This document shows positions 41,311-52,299 of a stretch of 64,000 nt of DNA, in pieces. The stretch is from positions 25,978,001 to 26,042,000 of the forward strand of contig CM060732.1 of the NCBI GenBank assembly GCA_030704615.1, read 5' to 3'. The stretch comes from Takakia lepidozioides (lineage: Eukaryota; Plantae; Bryophyta). The notes below the pieces were generated by a model. It saw only the letters and a program-made list of their open reading frames with translations, was not told the DNA's origin and did no database searches. Every line of letters begins with the position of its first letter. Positions within the stretch are counted from its first letter, which is position 1. The translations under genes were made by a program, and so were the position numbers.

Positions 41311-43144
41311 GACTCCACACAACACCAACTTCCCACTGCGAACCTCTCACTTGCTTCTTTTCTCTCGCGCACCTCTCTGGACATCCTGCACCTCTCTTGA
41401 CAACGTGCACCTCTTTGCCTGTCCTGCACCACTCTGCCCATAGGGTACTTCTGAAGCAGCCTCTGAGTCTCTCTCTGCTTCCTTGTCAACTGCACATTTC
41501 TCACGTAGAATAATATGATATATATATATATATTTTTGTACTCTCCATGTGCACCAGCTAAACTTGCTTTTGTTTGTCTAAAGTTACTCCCAAACCTCCA
41601 ATGGGCAGTCGCCACATTATTATTCATCCATCCCTAGAATCAATTTCTCATCTACAGAGGGCCTCTTCATTATCCATTGTTCATCCATGTGGTTGATTTC
41701 ATCAGATATCATTCAACCTCCACTGTCTAGTGGAGGTTGGTATTTGTGACTTCTTCTGACAGTTCAGATAGATGTAGTCACATTGTTCTATACTCCGCCC
41801 TCATACTCCACTTCAATTCCAATTGTCTTTCATCAGTCTCAGGATATATCCAAACATTGACTATACTTTTTCAAACCATATTGTTTTTCTCATTCAAAAC
41901 CGTCGAAAAAGTTCTACTTCAACTCCTCATTTCGGTGGCACGATGTTCTTTCCTTCAGTTAATGTTCATTCCCGTAATTCGATTTTATTGAACCTCCACT
42001 GCCCAGTGGAGGTTACTAAATTCATGGGGTTCCAAATTCATGGGATGTCTCATGTGTTCACCCGAATGAAACTGTGGATTCAACATCTCAAAGAAACCCG
42101 GGATGTCATTCCATCACAGAAAATAGTGATTATCAAGGACAATTCACTGAAAGCAATGAAATTCCGTCCAACGGTGAGACTGAAGAGGATACGGCTGTAG
42201 GTCTTGGGAGAGATTGTTGGAGAAACTTGCACTGTCTTCTTCTTGGGGAGGACGGAAACGCCCTGTTCGAAGGCCGAAGTCAGGCATGCATTCCTAACGA
42301 GATCATTTTGAATGACAAACTCGGAGAGGACGATGTTGGGGTTCTGGTCACCAGAACAATCTCTGGAGAATCCGGTTCTCTGATGTCCATTGTGAAATGG
42401 CCGTTAACAAAAACAAGACTTCTTGAAAATGGCTGGATACTCTCCGTTGATCTCGAAAATTTCATACGATCATGCAGTGACATGGAGAATGACGACCATG
42501 ATACAGGCGTGAAAAAAGCAACATACAGACATTTTACTAGGAAGAAAAAACCATCCAATTTGGAGGACTAAAAAAAGTGTAAGAAAAATCTTACTTTAGA
42601 GGCAGTGAGGTCGGTGAGCAGCAAACCTTGCTGCAAGCTTCAGTGCTGCCAGTATTTTGATTGGAGAAAAACCTTGGCAATTCGTACTGCATTTTGGGGT
42701 TCGTCATTCGATAAGAGGAGAAAACTTGGATTGAATGTTTCAAAACAACTTCACATCATGGAAGGGGCATCACGCAGGTCATATGTTGCAATAGAAGGTG
42801 TTGATGTTTGTGAGAAAGCATGGTCGTGAACGAGCTGCACAAACTCCTCCGCCGGGATTCCAGAAATCATTGATGGGGAAAAGAGAATCCACCATATGTA
42901 TATTTGCAATTGCATTTTTATGCATTAGACTTTGTTTTGCAGTGTAATGAATTGCACCCCAAAACTCCTGGAATGAGACAGACAATATTAAAGTGATGTC
43001 TTTTAAACACTAGGGACTGTTGGATATCCATTGACGTCCAGTGGCAATTCAATGTCGAAACAGAATACAAAGATGGCGGCAGGAAAAATTTACAAATCTT
43101 CCAGAAAACTGAGTTCCAACAGTTGCAGTTGAGGGGGCCATTTC

Positions 43145-43470
43145 TGGAAAAAAGGCGCCGAATTTCCTTTTTTTGGGCCGAAAACTGGCTAAGTCCCAAC
43201 ATTGTCTAGAGACGATGTCTGGAAAAATGGCGCCGAATTTCCAGTTATATGGCCCAGAACTGCCCAACATTTGTGCAATGCCCGGCACCATGTACCGAAA
43301 TTCGGCGCCACATTTCCAAATTTTGGGCTTACACTTCAATGAAGTTTGGACCTATAACCGCGAAATTCGGCACCATTTTTCGCCGGAGTCACCTATTACC
43401 GCGCAATACGTCACCGATTTTTCTGCTTGCGGAACCTATTACCGCAAAATTTGGCGCCATTTTTGCAGAT
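43145..43470. repeat. Palindrome cluster 1 (GAAAWWYGGCGCCRAWTTTC-like)
   Basis: Centres at 43154, 43229, 43304, 43369, 43453; spacings 75, 75, 65, 84. Confidence 0.8.
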
Positions 43471-44027
43471 GTCGCTCGGAATTCGCATGAGTGGAAAACG
43501 AAATATCATGAGCACGGCTCTCAAAACTACAATTTTTACTTCAAACAATGAATATTATATTGGTTTTTTCTAACACATCTCATTAAAATAATGTTTTTAA
43601 TATTTTTTATTTGCAGAATTTGTACTTCTGCTCATGAAAACCGATTGTCTTACTACTCCGCTCATGCCGCTCATGCTCATGAAATAACTAACCTCCCACT
43701 GTGCACGAGCAGATGCGCAAGCAGCCACGTCTCCCCAAGCGTTGCCACCGTCCACCACTTTCCGCTGTATGGTTGATGAAGAGATTGCGACCCCTGACAC
43801 GTTCGAACGGATGAAGTCGCCTAGAACGCGACGCGTGCCTGTTCAAGCCACCAGTAGAAGACGCTTTATCCGAATTGCGGCGCCGAAATACCGTTCCATT
43901 CACCGGATGCTATTCCCGGAGCAGCCGGCATTGAATGCATTATCCGCACATCATGAAACCCAACCGCCATGAAATCAAACCGCCAACCGACATTCAACAG
44001 TCAGGTCGACATGTTTCATCAGCGGAC

Positions 44028-44425
44028 GGATGAATTTTGGCGCCGAAATTCATCTTATGCAAGTGCTTTCATACACAAACATATGAATTTCGGCGCCAAA
44101 ATTCATCGCTTCCCCAGTCCTCATCCGTCATGAGCACACCTGTCAGTCGGATATCGGATCCGGAATTAATTCCGGAACTGTGCAGAACGTTGCACTGGGG
44201 CATATTTCATCCATATTTCGGCGCCGAAATTCAATAACAATATCTCCGTCCGCGTGCAAACCAGCTGAAATCATCCATATTCCGGCGCCGAAATACATCC
44301 AGCCCGAACAGTAATCCGACACCATGCCCACGTTTTCCTGCCATCAGTGCCCCTCACGGTTGCTGTCCATGCCTGTTGGACTTGTCATGTCTGGACTGTT
44401 AAGTATAATTTTGGCGCTGAAATGA
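44028..44425. repeat. Palindrome cluster 2
   Basis: Centres at 44039, 44092, 44156, 44220, 44284, 44413; spacings 53, 64, 64, 64, 129. Confidence 0.85.
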
Positions 44426-44705
44426 TACTTTATTTGCGACAACCTCTTGTACGAAAAATGACCACTTAATGGATACGGTTGGTTTCAAATGAAAACAACG
44501 GCTAAAATGCAATTAATTATCCCCTAACCTGAGAAAACATCCCCTTACGTCATTGGATAACGGCCTTTTGAAAGACATAAGGGGTTAAATGTGTCGATTT
44601 CTCCATTTAATGCAGAATATTCGTGTTTTCTCTGTCTGAATGGGTTATTTCATACGAATTTCGGAACCTTACATCATCCAGAAGCAAGAAGTAAGTGTCG
44701 GGTTC

Positions 44706-45368
44706 GGATGAATTTCAGCGCCGAAGTTCATCCGTCGCATGGAAAATGTAATATTGGAGTTACCCTTTGCCGACAGTAGGAATGAATTTCGGCGCCGAAA
44801 TTCATCGCTCGCAAAGAAAAAAATTTATTGGAGGGAGGACTTTGGATGAATTTCGGCGCCGAAATTCAGCGCTCGCAAGGGAAAAAAATAATGGAGGGAG
44901 GACTTCGGATGAATTTCGGCGCTGAAATTCATTGGCATGACAACAAAAGACTTTGGGAAAAACAGAAGAAGAATGAATTTCGGCGCCAAAATTCATCCCT
45001 ACTGTCCATTCAGGGTTACTGTCATCCGGATTTCGGCACCGAAATCCGTACACGTGGTGAATCACGACTCTAATGACGAACACATTCATCCGTATTTCGG
45101 CGCCGAAATTCACGTTTCCATGTGTAGAAACAATTTCATGAAGAACATGTTCATCCGAATTTCGGCACCGAAATCCATCCGTTGGGTGCTTGCTCAGTTT
45201 CATGAGGTGAACTAATTCCGAATTTTGTCGCCGGAATTCATCCCGTGGCTTCCAAATCTGTTACATGACAGAGATGTTCATCCGGATTTCGGTGCCGAAA
45301 TTCATGAGAAGGCCTGATTTATTGTAGTCCAACTGGTGGTACATCACAATTCAGGCACCCAATTTTCG
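44706..45368. repeat. Regularly interspaced palindromic repeat array (11 units, mostly unique spacers); CRISPR-like geometry, no cas genes
   Basis: Consensus GGATGAATTTCGGCGCCGAAATTCATCC; centres 44717, 44791, 44855, 44918, 44982, 45035, 45099, 45164, 45227, 45291, 45354; spacings 74, 64, 63, 64, 53, 64, 65, 63, 64, 63. Confidence 0.92.
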
Positions 45369-45503
45369 ATGTGAATTCGTCCGTATTTGTCACGTACGTT
45401 ACACACCTTCATCCATATGTGCATTGATCACCTATCCTGCTGGATACAGAATCCTCCAGAACATGATTGTGGTATTATGTAGGACATACTCTTCTCATTG
45501 CAG

Positions 45504-47353
45504 GACTTCGCTGCGGAGCCTACCGAGAGTTGCTGTCTTCAACATGGACTCCCGTGTTTGGGTAAACGTGTACTTCCATCCTGATTCTGTGAAAGATAAA
45601 ATATACTGCGACCAAGGATTTGCGATTGTCACTGAGCAGTACTTGTGTGTGAAGTTCAGGCTCCGCCCGGATTTGCCGCTCCATAGCTCGTCGGTGAGTG
45701 CACTTTCCAGGGAAACAGTCGTCCACAACTTATCCAGTGACGATGAAGACTGTATGGTCTTTCCATCGTATGTTTCAAAGTCGTCCGTCAGTAGGAGTGT
45801 GCAGATATCGGCAGACAATGAGCACACACCCTCGGACTCAACTTCCGTCCGCTTAATAATCGACATATTGCGGAGGATGAAGACAGCGGGTTCCCGCTCC
45901 AGTGACCTTCTTAGGCTTGATTACGACAAAATTCCAATCCATTCTGTGGAAACTTTACCTGAAGTTGTGGATGGGAATGTTATCTACGAGTTCACTCTAG
46001 TGCCGCCAGGCGCAGGCCCAGACGGCATGCTGACATGAATGAACAGGAAACATGATGGCCACCCATGGTGTGTCACCAAAACTTCATCGTCCGATCTGGG
46101 TGATGGAGTTCGAGTGAGATATGTATTGTGTGCTGGACATCTTAAATGTTTCTCGAGCACATATTACCACTACACGAGGAAAGGCACCTGGAATGAGATA
46201 GACTGGATTGGCAATTCGTCGACCCCATTTTGGCCTCAAGGTAGAGTTCCCGCAGGGACTTTCAAGTGTGTCCATTGCAACGCAGCCCCTACGTGCATGG
46301 CAGTGTGCAACGCCAAGCAGTACTACGTCGGGACCGTCGGCCCAGCGTGCACCAGAACATGCATTCACATCGGAAAGCATGACCACCCCGTCGCCAGAGG
46401 CAATTGCAGAGTCACTTTTCAACAAACCCACGATATTATCAAGGAGGAGGTGAGGTTGAGGCCGGGAGCAAAACCAAAGCACATCCGCACATAGAATTGC
46501 AATAGGCAGAATAATGTCGGAGGACGGAAGCACAAGAGAGAAGCTGGGCGAGGGGGACATGAAGGAGCTGCTGGAAGCTGTCTCCCATGTGTGCAGCCCC
46601 AATGTCAGGAACCACATTGTCGGCTGCAAGAAACGAATCGGAAGAGGATCAGACATGCACTCCATCTTGGAAGTGAAGCGCACATGCGGCTACGACTTCA
46701 TCCAGGGCAACTTCTTTCCTGGTCAAGGCTCAGAGATGGACATGTGCTTCATATTTAAGATGTCATCGTGCGGACCGGGGAGCGGTGTCGATTTGGTGAA
46801 GCGGATGACTAGTGGAGACCTCTCAAATTGTTGGGTCATGTTCGACCACATCAGGCAAATTACCAACCACGATTGGGTGACAATGGGGGCACATGTATAC
46901 GACCCATATTGCAGAAAATTGATGACCATTGCTATCTGTGAAATGAAAGGAGAAGACACAGATTCGGAGTTGCATATGTGGCGCGGAATTAATGAGCAAA
47001 TGGCGAGAGCGAAGTTTTCCCCTCCCGATTTTAGGGGCTTCATGGCTGACAATGCCCAGGCAAACTGGGCTGCAATGAGAAGGGTATATGGGGACGACCC
47101 AAAGACTCCAATGGAAGGTGAGGAGAGATCTTGCGGGTTTCACTTCATGCAGAGTTTGACGCAAAACACGAAAAGGTTCGTGGCGTCACGCCACTGGCAT
47201 GATCATATCAGTATGTGATTTGCGTGGAAAAATGCAAATTCCATCGACAAGGCAAAGACCGAGTTTGCAACCATACGCGCCTGGTGGGTGTCTTCAAGGG
47301 CAGTGGATGTGAAAGATCAGCTAGAACTGCAAACGTGGCTTGCGTGGTGGCAC
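45504..47353 (+). pseudogene. GCM-like zinc-binding domain plus MULE-like DDE transposase core, 3'-truncated
   Basis: HDGHPW..TS...CAGHLKC...KCVHC...CNAKQY...IHIGKHDHP (GCM/WRKY-like); WVMFDH..WVTMGAHVYDP..LMTIAICEMKGED, GFMADNAQANW, RSCGFHFMQSL, LQTWLAWWH; stops at 46036 and 47216, frameshift near 46490. Confidence 0.8.
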
Positions 47354-49939
47354 ACGGGATTGGAAGGTCGACGTACATGGAGTACAAAAAGCTCAATAAA
47401 GAGGGCTGTTTGTCATCTTTCCACGGAAATCGTGGCGTCAAGCGGCCCCGACCAGAGACACTCCAGGCAGAGGGGAACATTATGTCCATTATCAATGCCA
47501 ATACTAACCTTATGCCTCACAAAACACGTTGCATTGGAGAGGGACGTCGGGATACTTTGAGAGTTTTGCCACCCGAAATGAACTGGAAGAGAATTTGAGA
47601 GGAGTCCAACGAGGTGACTTTTACTCGTTGTCCCCTTTCCCTTTTTCAAAATAGCTGATTTTATTCGTGTTGATGTCATCATACCTTCTTGTTCTTCCAC
47701 TTTGTAGAACCTCCACTACCCAGTGGACGTTGACATTATTGGGGAGTTTGGGTGCAGACGAACAGACTTCTCGGTTTGAAATGAGTCTCGCAGCCCGCTG
47801 TAAGCCATATACAGAATCAAATATTTCCAAACATGGAGGTTCGGAAAACCGAAAGCACCTTTGCTAAGTGCACAGAATGCGAGATGTTGAAGGACTTGAT
47901 CAAGAAGTCTATTAAGAGGAGTTCCGAACAGGTCGCACATAAACGGGCGCTTGATTTACACTTGAGGCATCAAGAGTCATGCAGACGGCTGTACCATAGC
48001 TGGAGGAATGAGTCCGTTATGATTCCTGAGGAGTTCCTGTGTATTATTCACGATAAGATGGATCATAGGAAAACAACTATTCCGAGGCTACAGACAATGA
48101 ACAAGATGGTCTCGGGATTGGGTCAGTTGTCTGTCTCATTGATAGGAATGGTTATGCACGGACACGGTGATGGAGCTTACACTCAATTTTCTCTTGAATT
48201 CTGGAAGGGCAATTCAAACTTCACAATTGGGTCGTTGGCTCGGTGCCTACGCCAACTGGAAAAGCCGACATGCCCGGAATCCAGGAACATTTTCGACACT
48301 GAAGTTCAAAATGATTTTCTTGAAATGCTCATGAGAGGTAAATCGAGATGTTTGGAGGCTCTGAAACCCTGCAAGCCGCAAGATAAACGTGGTGTTCGGC
48401 CACTTCCTAGACGACTTTATTTGCAGATGGACAACTCCTCCAAGGACAATAAGAACAGATGGATGCTTGTTTTCTTATCCCTCCTCACTGCCAAAGATGT
48501 CTTTGACGAGATCTAGCTTGGTTTTCTCATGGTCGGGCACACCCATGAGGATATTGACGGATTCTTCAGCTATCTCTCGAAGAAGCTAAAGGAACGCAAC
48601 ACCTATATTCTTCCGGATTTGATGAGGTCATTCATGATCTCCCAAGATATGCAATTCATTCCTTAAATTATTCAGGAGATTCCCGACTTCAAGAAGTTTG
48701 TTAAGGGTTGTATTCTTGATGGAAATGAGGCTTTGGTCGGGATCTCAGAGATGCACGTCTTTCGGTTTTTTAAAGATGCGGATGGGTGGCCCGTTATGAA
48801 GTACAAGAAGTCAGCTAGTGATTCGGAGTGGTTTCCTACAAACTCTAGCGTTAAGATATGGAAGTCCAACCCTGATGAGACTCCAAATCTCCCTGAAGGA
48901 GACCCAGATGTCGTTCCAAGAAGACCGATATGGGGAGTCGGGGACGACTCCTCCGAAAAATAGTCCTTCATAAAAAATGGTATTAAGAAATACAGAGATT
49001 TTTGGACCAAATGAATGTTGCTTGACGATCATTACCCGGGTGTAATAGAACAATACGACCAATACTGGGGAAATATTCTCGCCGAACTTGATAAGCCAAT
49101 GCAGGAAATTCCGGATCATATTCAGCTTCTTGAGGGATTCTGGCCGAAAACAAATTGGTCCTCAAACCATGGCATCCAGCCACAGATAGTGGAAGATGAG
49201 GATGAAGTTCCAGAACCTTACAGATGTCATCCGAGAAAGGGAGGATCTTAATTTTAAGAAAGTGAAGGTGGAGTGGTGGAGACCGAAGAAAGGAGGTAAC
49301 CCCTCAGACTTGGAGAGGTACAGGGACTGCTGGTCAAAAGTTTGGGAGTACAACCCGTCAGATCCTGCTCAATGGATCCACGTGAACAATGTCGTGTGGA
49401 CAATGCCGCCACGAAAAAATACGACAAGAAATAGCACCAAGAAAATTACAGGGGTGGAAGCAGTGAAGGCGCGCGCGAATTTGGAGAAGGCTAATCTTCA
49501 ACCAGATACCTGAAGGTTGCCTTCTTGCGAACCACTTTCCGTCCATGGACGCAGTGGACAGTTTTTTTTTTTTTTTTTTTGAGACGGGCTGGACTCTGCA
49601 CTGCTGTACATTCTGTTCATCTACAAATATTCGTGTGGGGGATTCTGGCTTACAAAACAGACAGTGCACCCCAAGAAAAAAAATGCTGGCACAACCCCTG
49701 GAGTCTTTCTTTTCCAATCCAGTCTAAATGTTTTTTTCCAATGTCTCGTCATTGCGCCAATTCCAGTCCGTCTCTCAGTGCTTGCACTTGACTCAAGCCA
49801 AGTCTCCAACTGAGGTATCCCACTAAGAGGACCCTTACCCCATCATTATTGCCATACTTTTCAATTTGCCACTCCTTAACTTATACCTCTCATGTTCTCC
49901 TCTTTTTCTTGGACCTTTAAGCGAGTCTATGTCTAGCGA

Positions 49940-51290
49940 CAAACGGTCTTCCATGTTTGTTTGTCCATTTCTAACTTAATCCAAAACCCCTACCTTAGTA
50001 AACCCTTATCCTAGTAAAACCCTTTACCCTAAACCCTAAAAGACCCTTAAGCATTTATCCCTAAACCCTTACCATTCAAATTGAAAATTGGATTGTACTA
50101 TCCATACCATAACCAATAATGGTTATGGACCTTATGGTAATCCAAATCTCTTCTCCCTTCTTTTTTGCACTACTTTTCTCGTTTGTTTTGGATTCACATG
50201 CACTTAATACCAAGTTTATATACTAGTGTGCTTTCTATGTATCTTAAGACCAGGTTCCAACGACGAGTCGTTAATTTAAATACTTGTCCGTCTCAATGAC
50301 TCTTCCATAATATTTGTTTCTCCATTTTTATTTTTATTTTTTTACCATAATTATACACACCAAGATCTAGTGAGTGCGAGTCTTCCATATTTGTTTGTCC
50401 ATTTATACCTTTACCATCACCCCTAAACCCTTACCCTTCACTTTACGCTTCCCTTAACCCTTCCATAGGCTTAAGTCGGACCCTTAGTACCCTAAACCAT
50501 TACTCTTATCATATACCAAAAACCTTTGTGTACTACCATAAATCCAAACCCTAAACCCTTACCCTGGCCTTAATCCTTACCCTAAGCTTAAGCCTGACAC
50601 TTACTACCCTAAACCATTACTCTTATCATATACCAAAAATCAGGTTAGTGTACTGCCCTACTTACACTCCAAACCAAGTTATTGTACTACCATGTGTGAG
50701 TCTTCCATATTTGTTTGTCTATTTCTACCCTAAATCCAAACCCTAAATCCTTACCCTTTCCTTTACCCTTCCCTTAATCCTTACACTAAGCTTAAGCCTG
50801 ACACTTACTACCCTAAACCATTAGTACTCTTATCATATACCAAAAACCTGGTTAGTGTACTACCCTACTTACACTCCAAACCAAGTTATTGTACTACCAT
50901 GTGTGAGTCTTCTATATTTGTTTGTCCCTTTCTACCTAAATCCAAACCCTAAACCCTTACCCTGCCCTTTACCCTTCCCTTAATCCTTACCCTAAGCTTA
51001 AGCGTGACCCTTAGCACCCTAAACCATTACTCTTACCATATACCAAAAACCTTAGAGTAGTACCTTACTTAAACTCCAAACCTTATTGTACTACCATGTT
51101 ACCTCTTATAAAATTTGTATCATTCTCTTTTAATGTTTTCTTTAATTTTGTTGCATAATGTATGATAGAATGATTACATGGATATCAAATTCCCCTTACA
51201 TTTTTACATTCTATGGAGGTGAGTCTTCCATATTTGTTTCTCTCTTTCTATCCTAAACCCTTTAAAACCCTAAACCCTTCTCTGAGTCAC
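49940..51290 (+). repeat. Degenerate ~200 bp tandem repeat rich in CCCTAAA-like motifs
   Basis: Unit marker GAGTCTTCCATATTTGTTT at about 50378, 50698, 50905 and 51221 (variants ~49946, ~50299); many ACCCTAAACC. Confidence 0.85.
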
Positions 51291-51810
51291 CACAAATTTG
51301 GACCTTATTGCACTTAATATATCTAGTTACACCCCAAATCTTATTTTACTATCCTAGTAGGTCATCTTCCTAATGTTTCAAGCTATTTTAATATTTTACT
51401 GCCCTTCTCACACCCAAAACATCATTCCAATGGCATTGTCTCTGAATATTGTGCTTGTCAACATGAAGATTCAATCAAAATTACTACCAAATTATATCAA
51501 GTATGGTAGAGTATGAGTCTACCTCATGTTCGATTGTTTATCGTGATTACATAATGTAATATTATATCATTCGACTTCCCAGTAGACGTTCAATGAATTG
51601 TTCAGTACTGCAACTTCACAAGCACTTCAATATCAAATGGACATCTTATATGTCACATTTTGAAGCAAGTATGACATCACTTGTAATTTCACAAAGTTCA
51701 ATTACACATTACACCATGATATTATTAACATTTGAATTAATTTTAATTCAAATATATATTAAATTTGGTCCGGATTGAAGCCAAAAGTCCAAAATTAGTT
51801 AAAATAGGGT

Positions 51811-52213
51811 TCTAAGTCCAAGTGCAATCCCAAAGCCCACTTTGCTATTTTTGCAATCTCCCCCGACGAGGCTTCATATATTGACATATCCACTTTGCTA
51901 TTTTTCGCGAATTCCAGCGACTAAAAGTACTTGAAATTCCAAATCTCCCACACGAAGGGCCAATCATTGCTCTAGGAAAGCCCACTTTGCTATTTTCCCC
52001 GACTTTCCAGAGACCAAAAGTACTTGAAATTCCATATCTCCCACACCGTGCATCCAAAAATCATGAGACCAAGCCGGTGCACCCCTCCTCATCGAGGGCT
52101 TTCCAATAGCACCAAGCACCAGGGCTGGGGCCCCACGGTTTGGGAGACCTCAACGACGCTACAATACAAAACAAACAACCAAACAAACAAACGTCTCGCT
52201 TCATATATAATTG
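51811..52213 (-). mobile_element. 5' half of the minus-strand Helitron-like copy split by the large insertion
   Basis: Reverse complement begins A|TCAATTATATATGAAGCGAG and matches 21567-21952 up to TTGCACTTGGACTTAGA. Confidence 0.8.
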
Positions 52214-52299
52214 ATATGGTGGAATTTGCAATTTTATGCAGGATGAAAATACCCCTCAATCCTCAAGGACCCGTTGGTGATTCAAACATTGCAGGATGC

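Larger units (their letters stand above)
42829..47346 (+). mobile_element. Nested ~4.5 kb fragment of a MULE-like element (palindrome arrays plus truncated transposase)
   Basis: Interrupts the Sola-like frame at VCEKAW|VAHGI; has its own repeat motif and no copy of the host palindrome; ends inside the MULE ORF. Confidence 0.78.
36609..47731. repeat. Dispersed 24-bp palindrome AACCTCCACT-N4-AGTGGAGGTT
   Basis: Copies at 36609, 37743, 38703, 38906, 41715, 41991 and 47708; partial copies at 31734, 33837 and ~51574. Confidence 0.92.
42074..49512 (+). pseudogene. Sola-like DDD transposase, spliced, interrupted by a nested insertion and several stops
   Basis: N-part 42074-42826 (CCKLQCC...GVDVCEKAW) resumes at ~47347 (VAHGIGRSTY..FHGNRG); intron 47614-47757; FAKCTEC, CIIHDKMDH, LYLQMDNSSKDNKN, FLMVGHTHEDIDGFFS (~48532); C-terminal VKVEWWRP region. 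Confidence 0.85.
29248..51810. mobile_element. Putative giant (~22.5 kb) Sola-like DNA transposon with cargo genes; termini not identified
   Basis: Lies between two halves of one Helitron-like copy; contains a Sola-like transposase and divergent cargo ORFs; a shared palindromic motif runs from ~31.7 to 47.7 kb (weak remnant ~51.58 kb). Confidence 0.6.

Noticed and set aside
43049-45215. ORFs with NFGAEI / EFRRRNS peptide repeats
   Set aside because: They are by-products of the DNA palindrome on both strands; the period is mostly not a multiple of 3
44706-45368. Bona fide prokaryotic CRISPR locus or bacterial contamination
   Set aside because: No cas ORFs; context is intron-containing plant genes and TEs; repeats are more degenerate and more fully palindromic than typical CRISPR repeats
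49940-51290. True telomere or interstitial telomeric tract
   Set aside because: CCCTAAA motifs are scattered within a longer unit and never form a long tandem run
28613-52213. ~250 bp inverted repeats as TIRs of a 23.6 kb element
   Set aside because: Both arms are 5' parts of the dispersed Helitron-like family that also occurs in tandem at 20.9-23.4 kb, so opposite orientation of independent copies explains it
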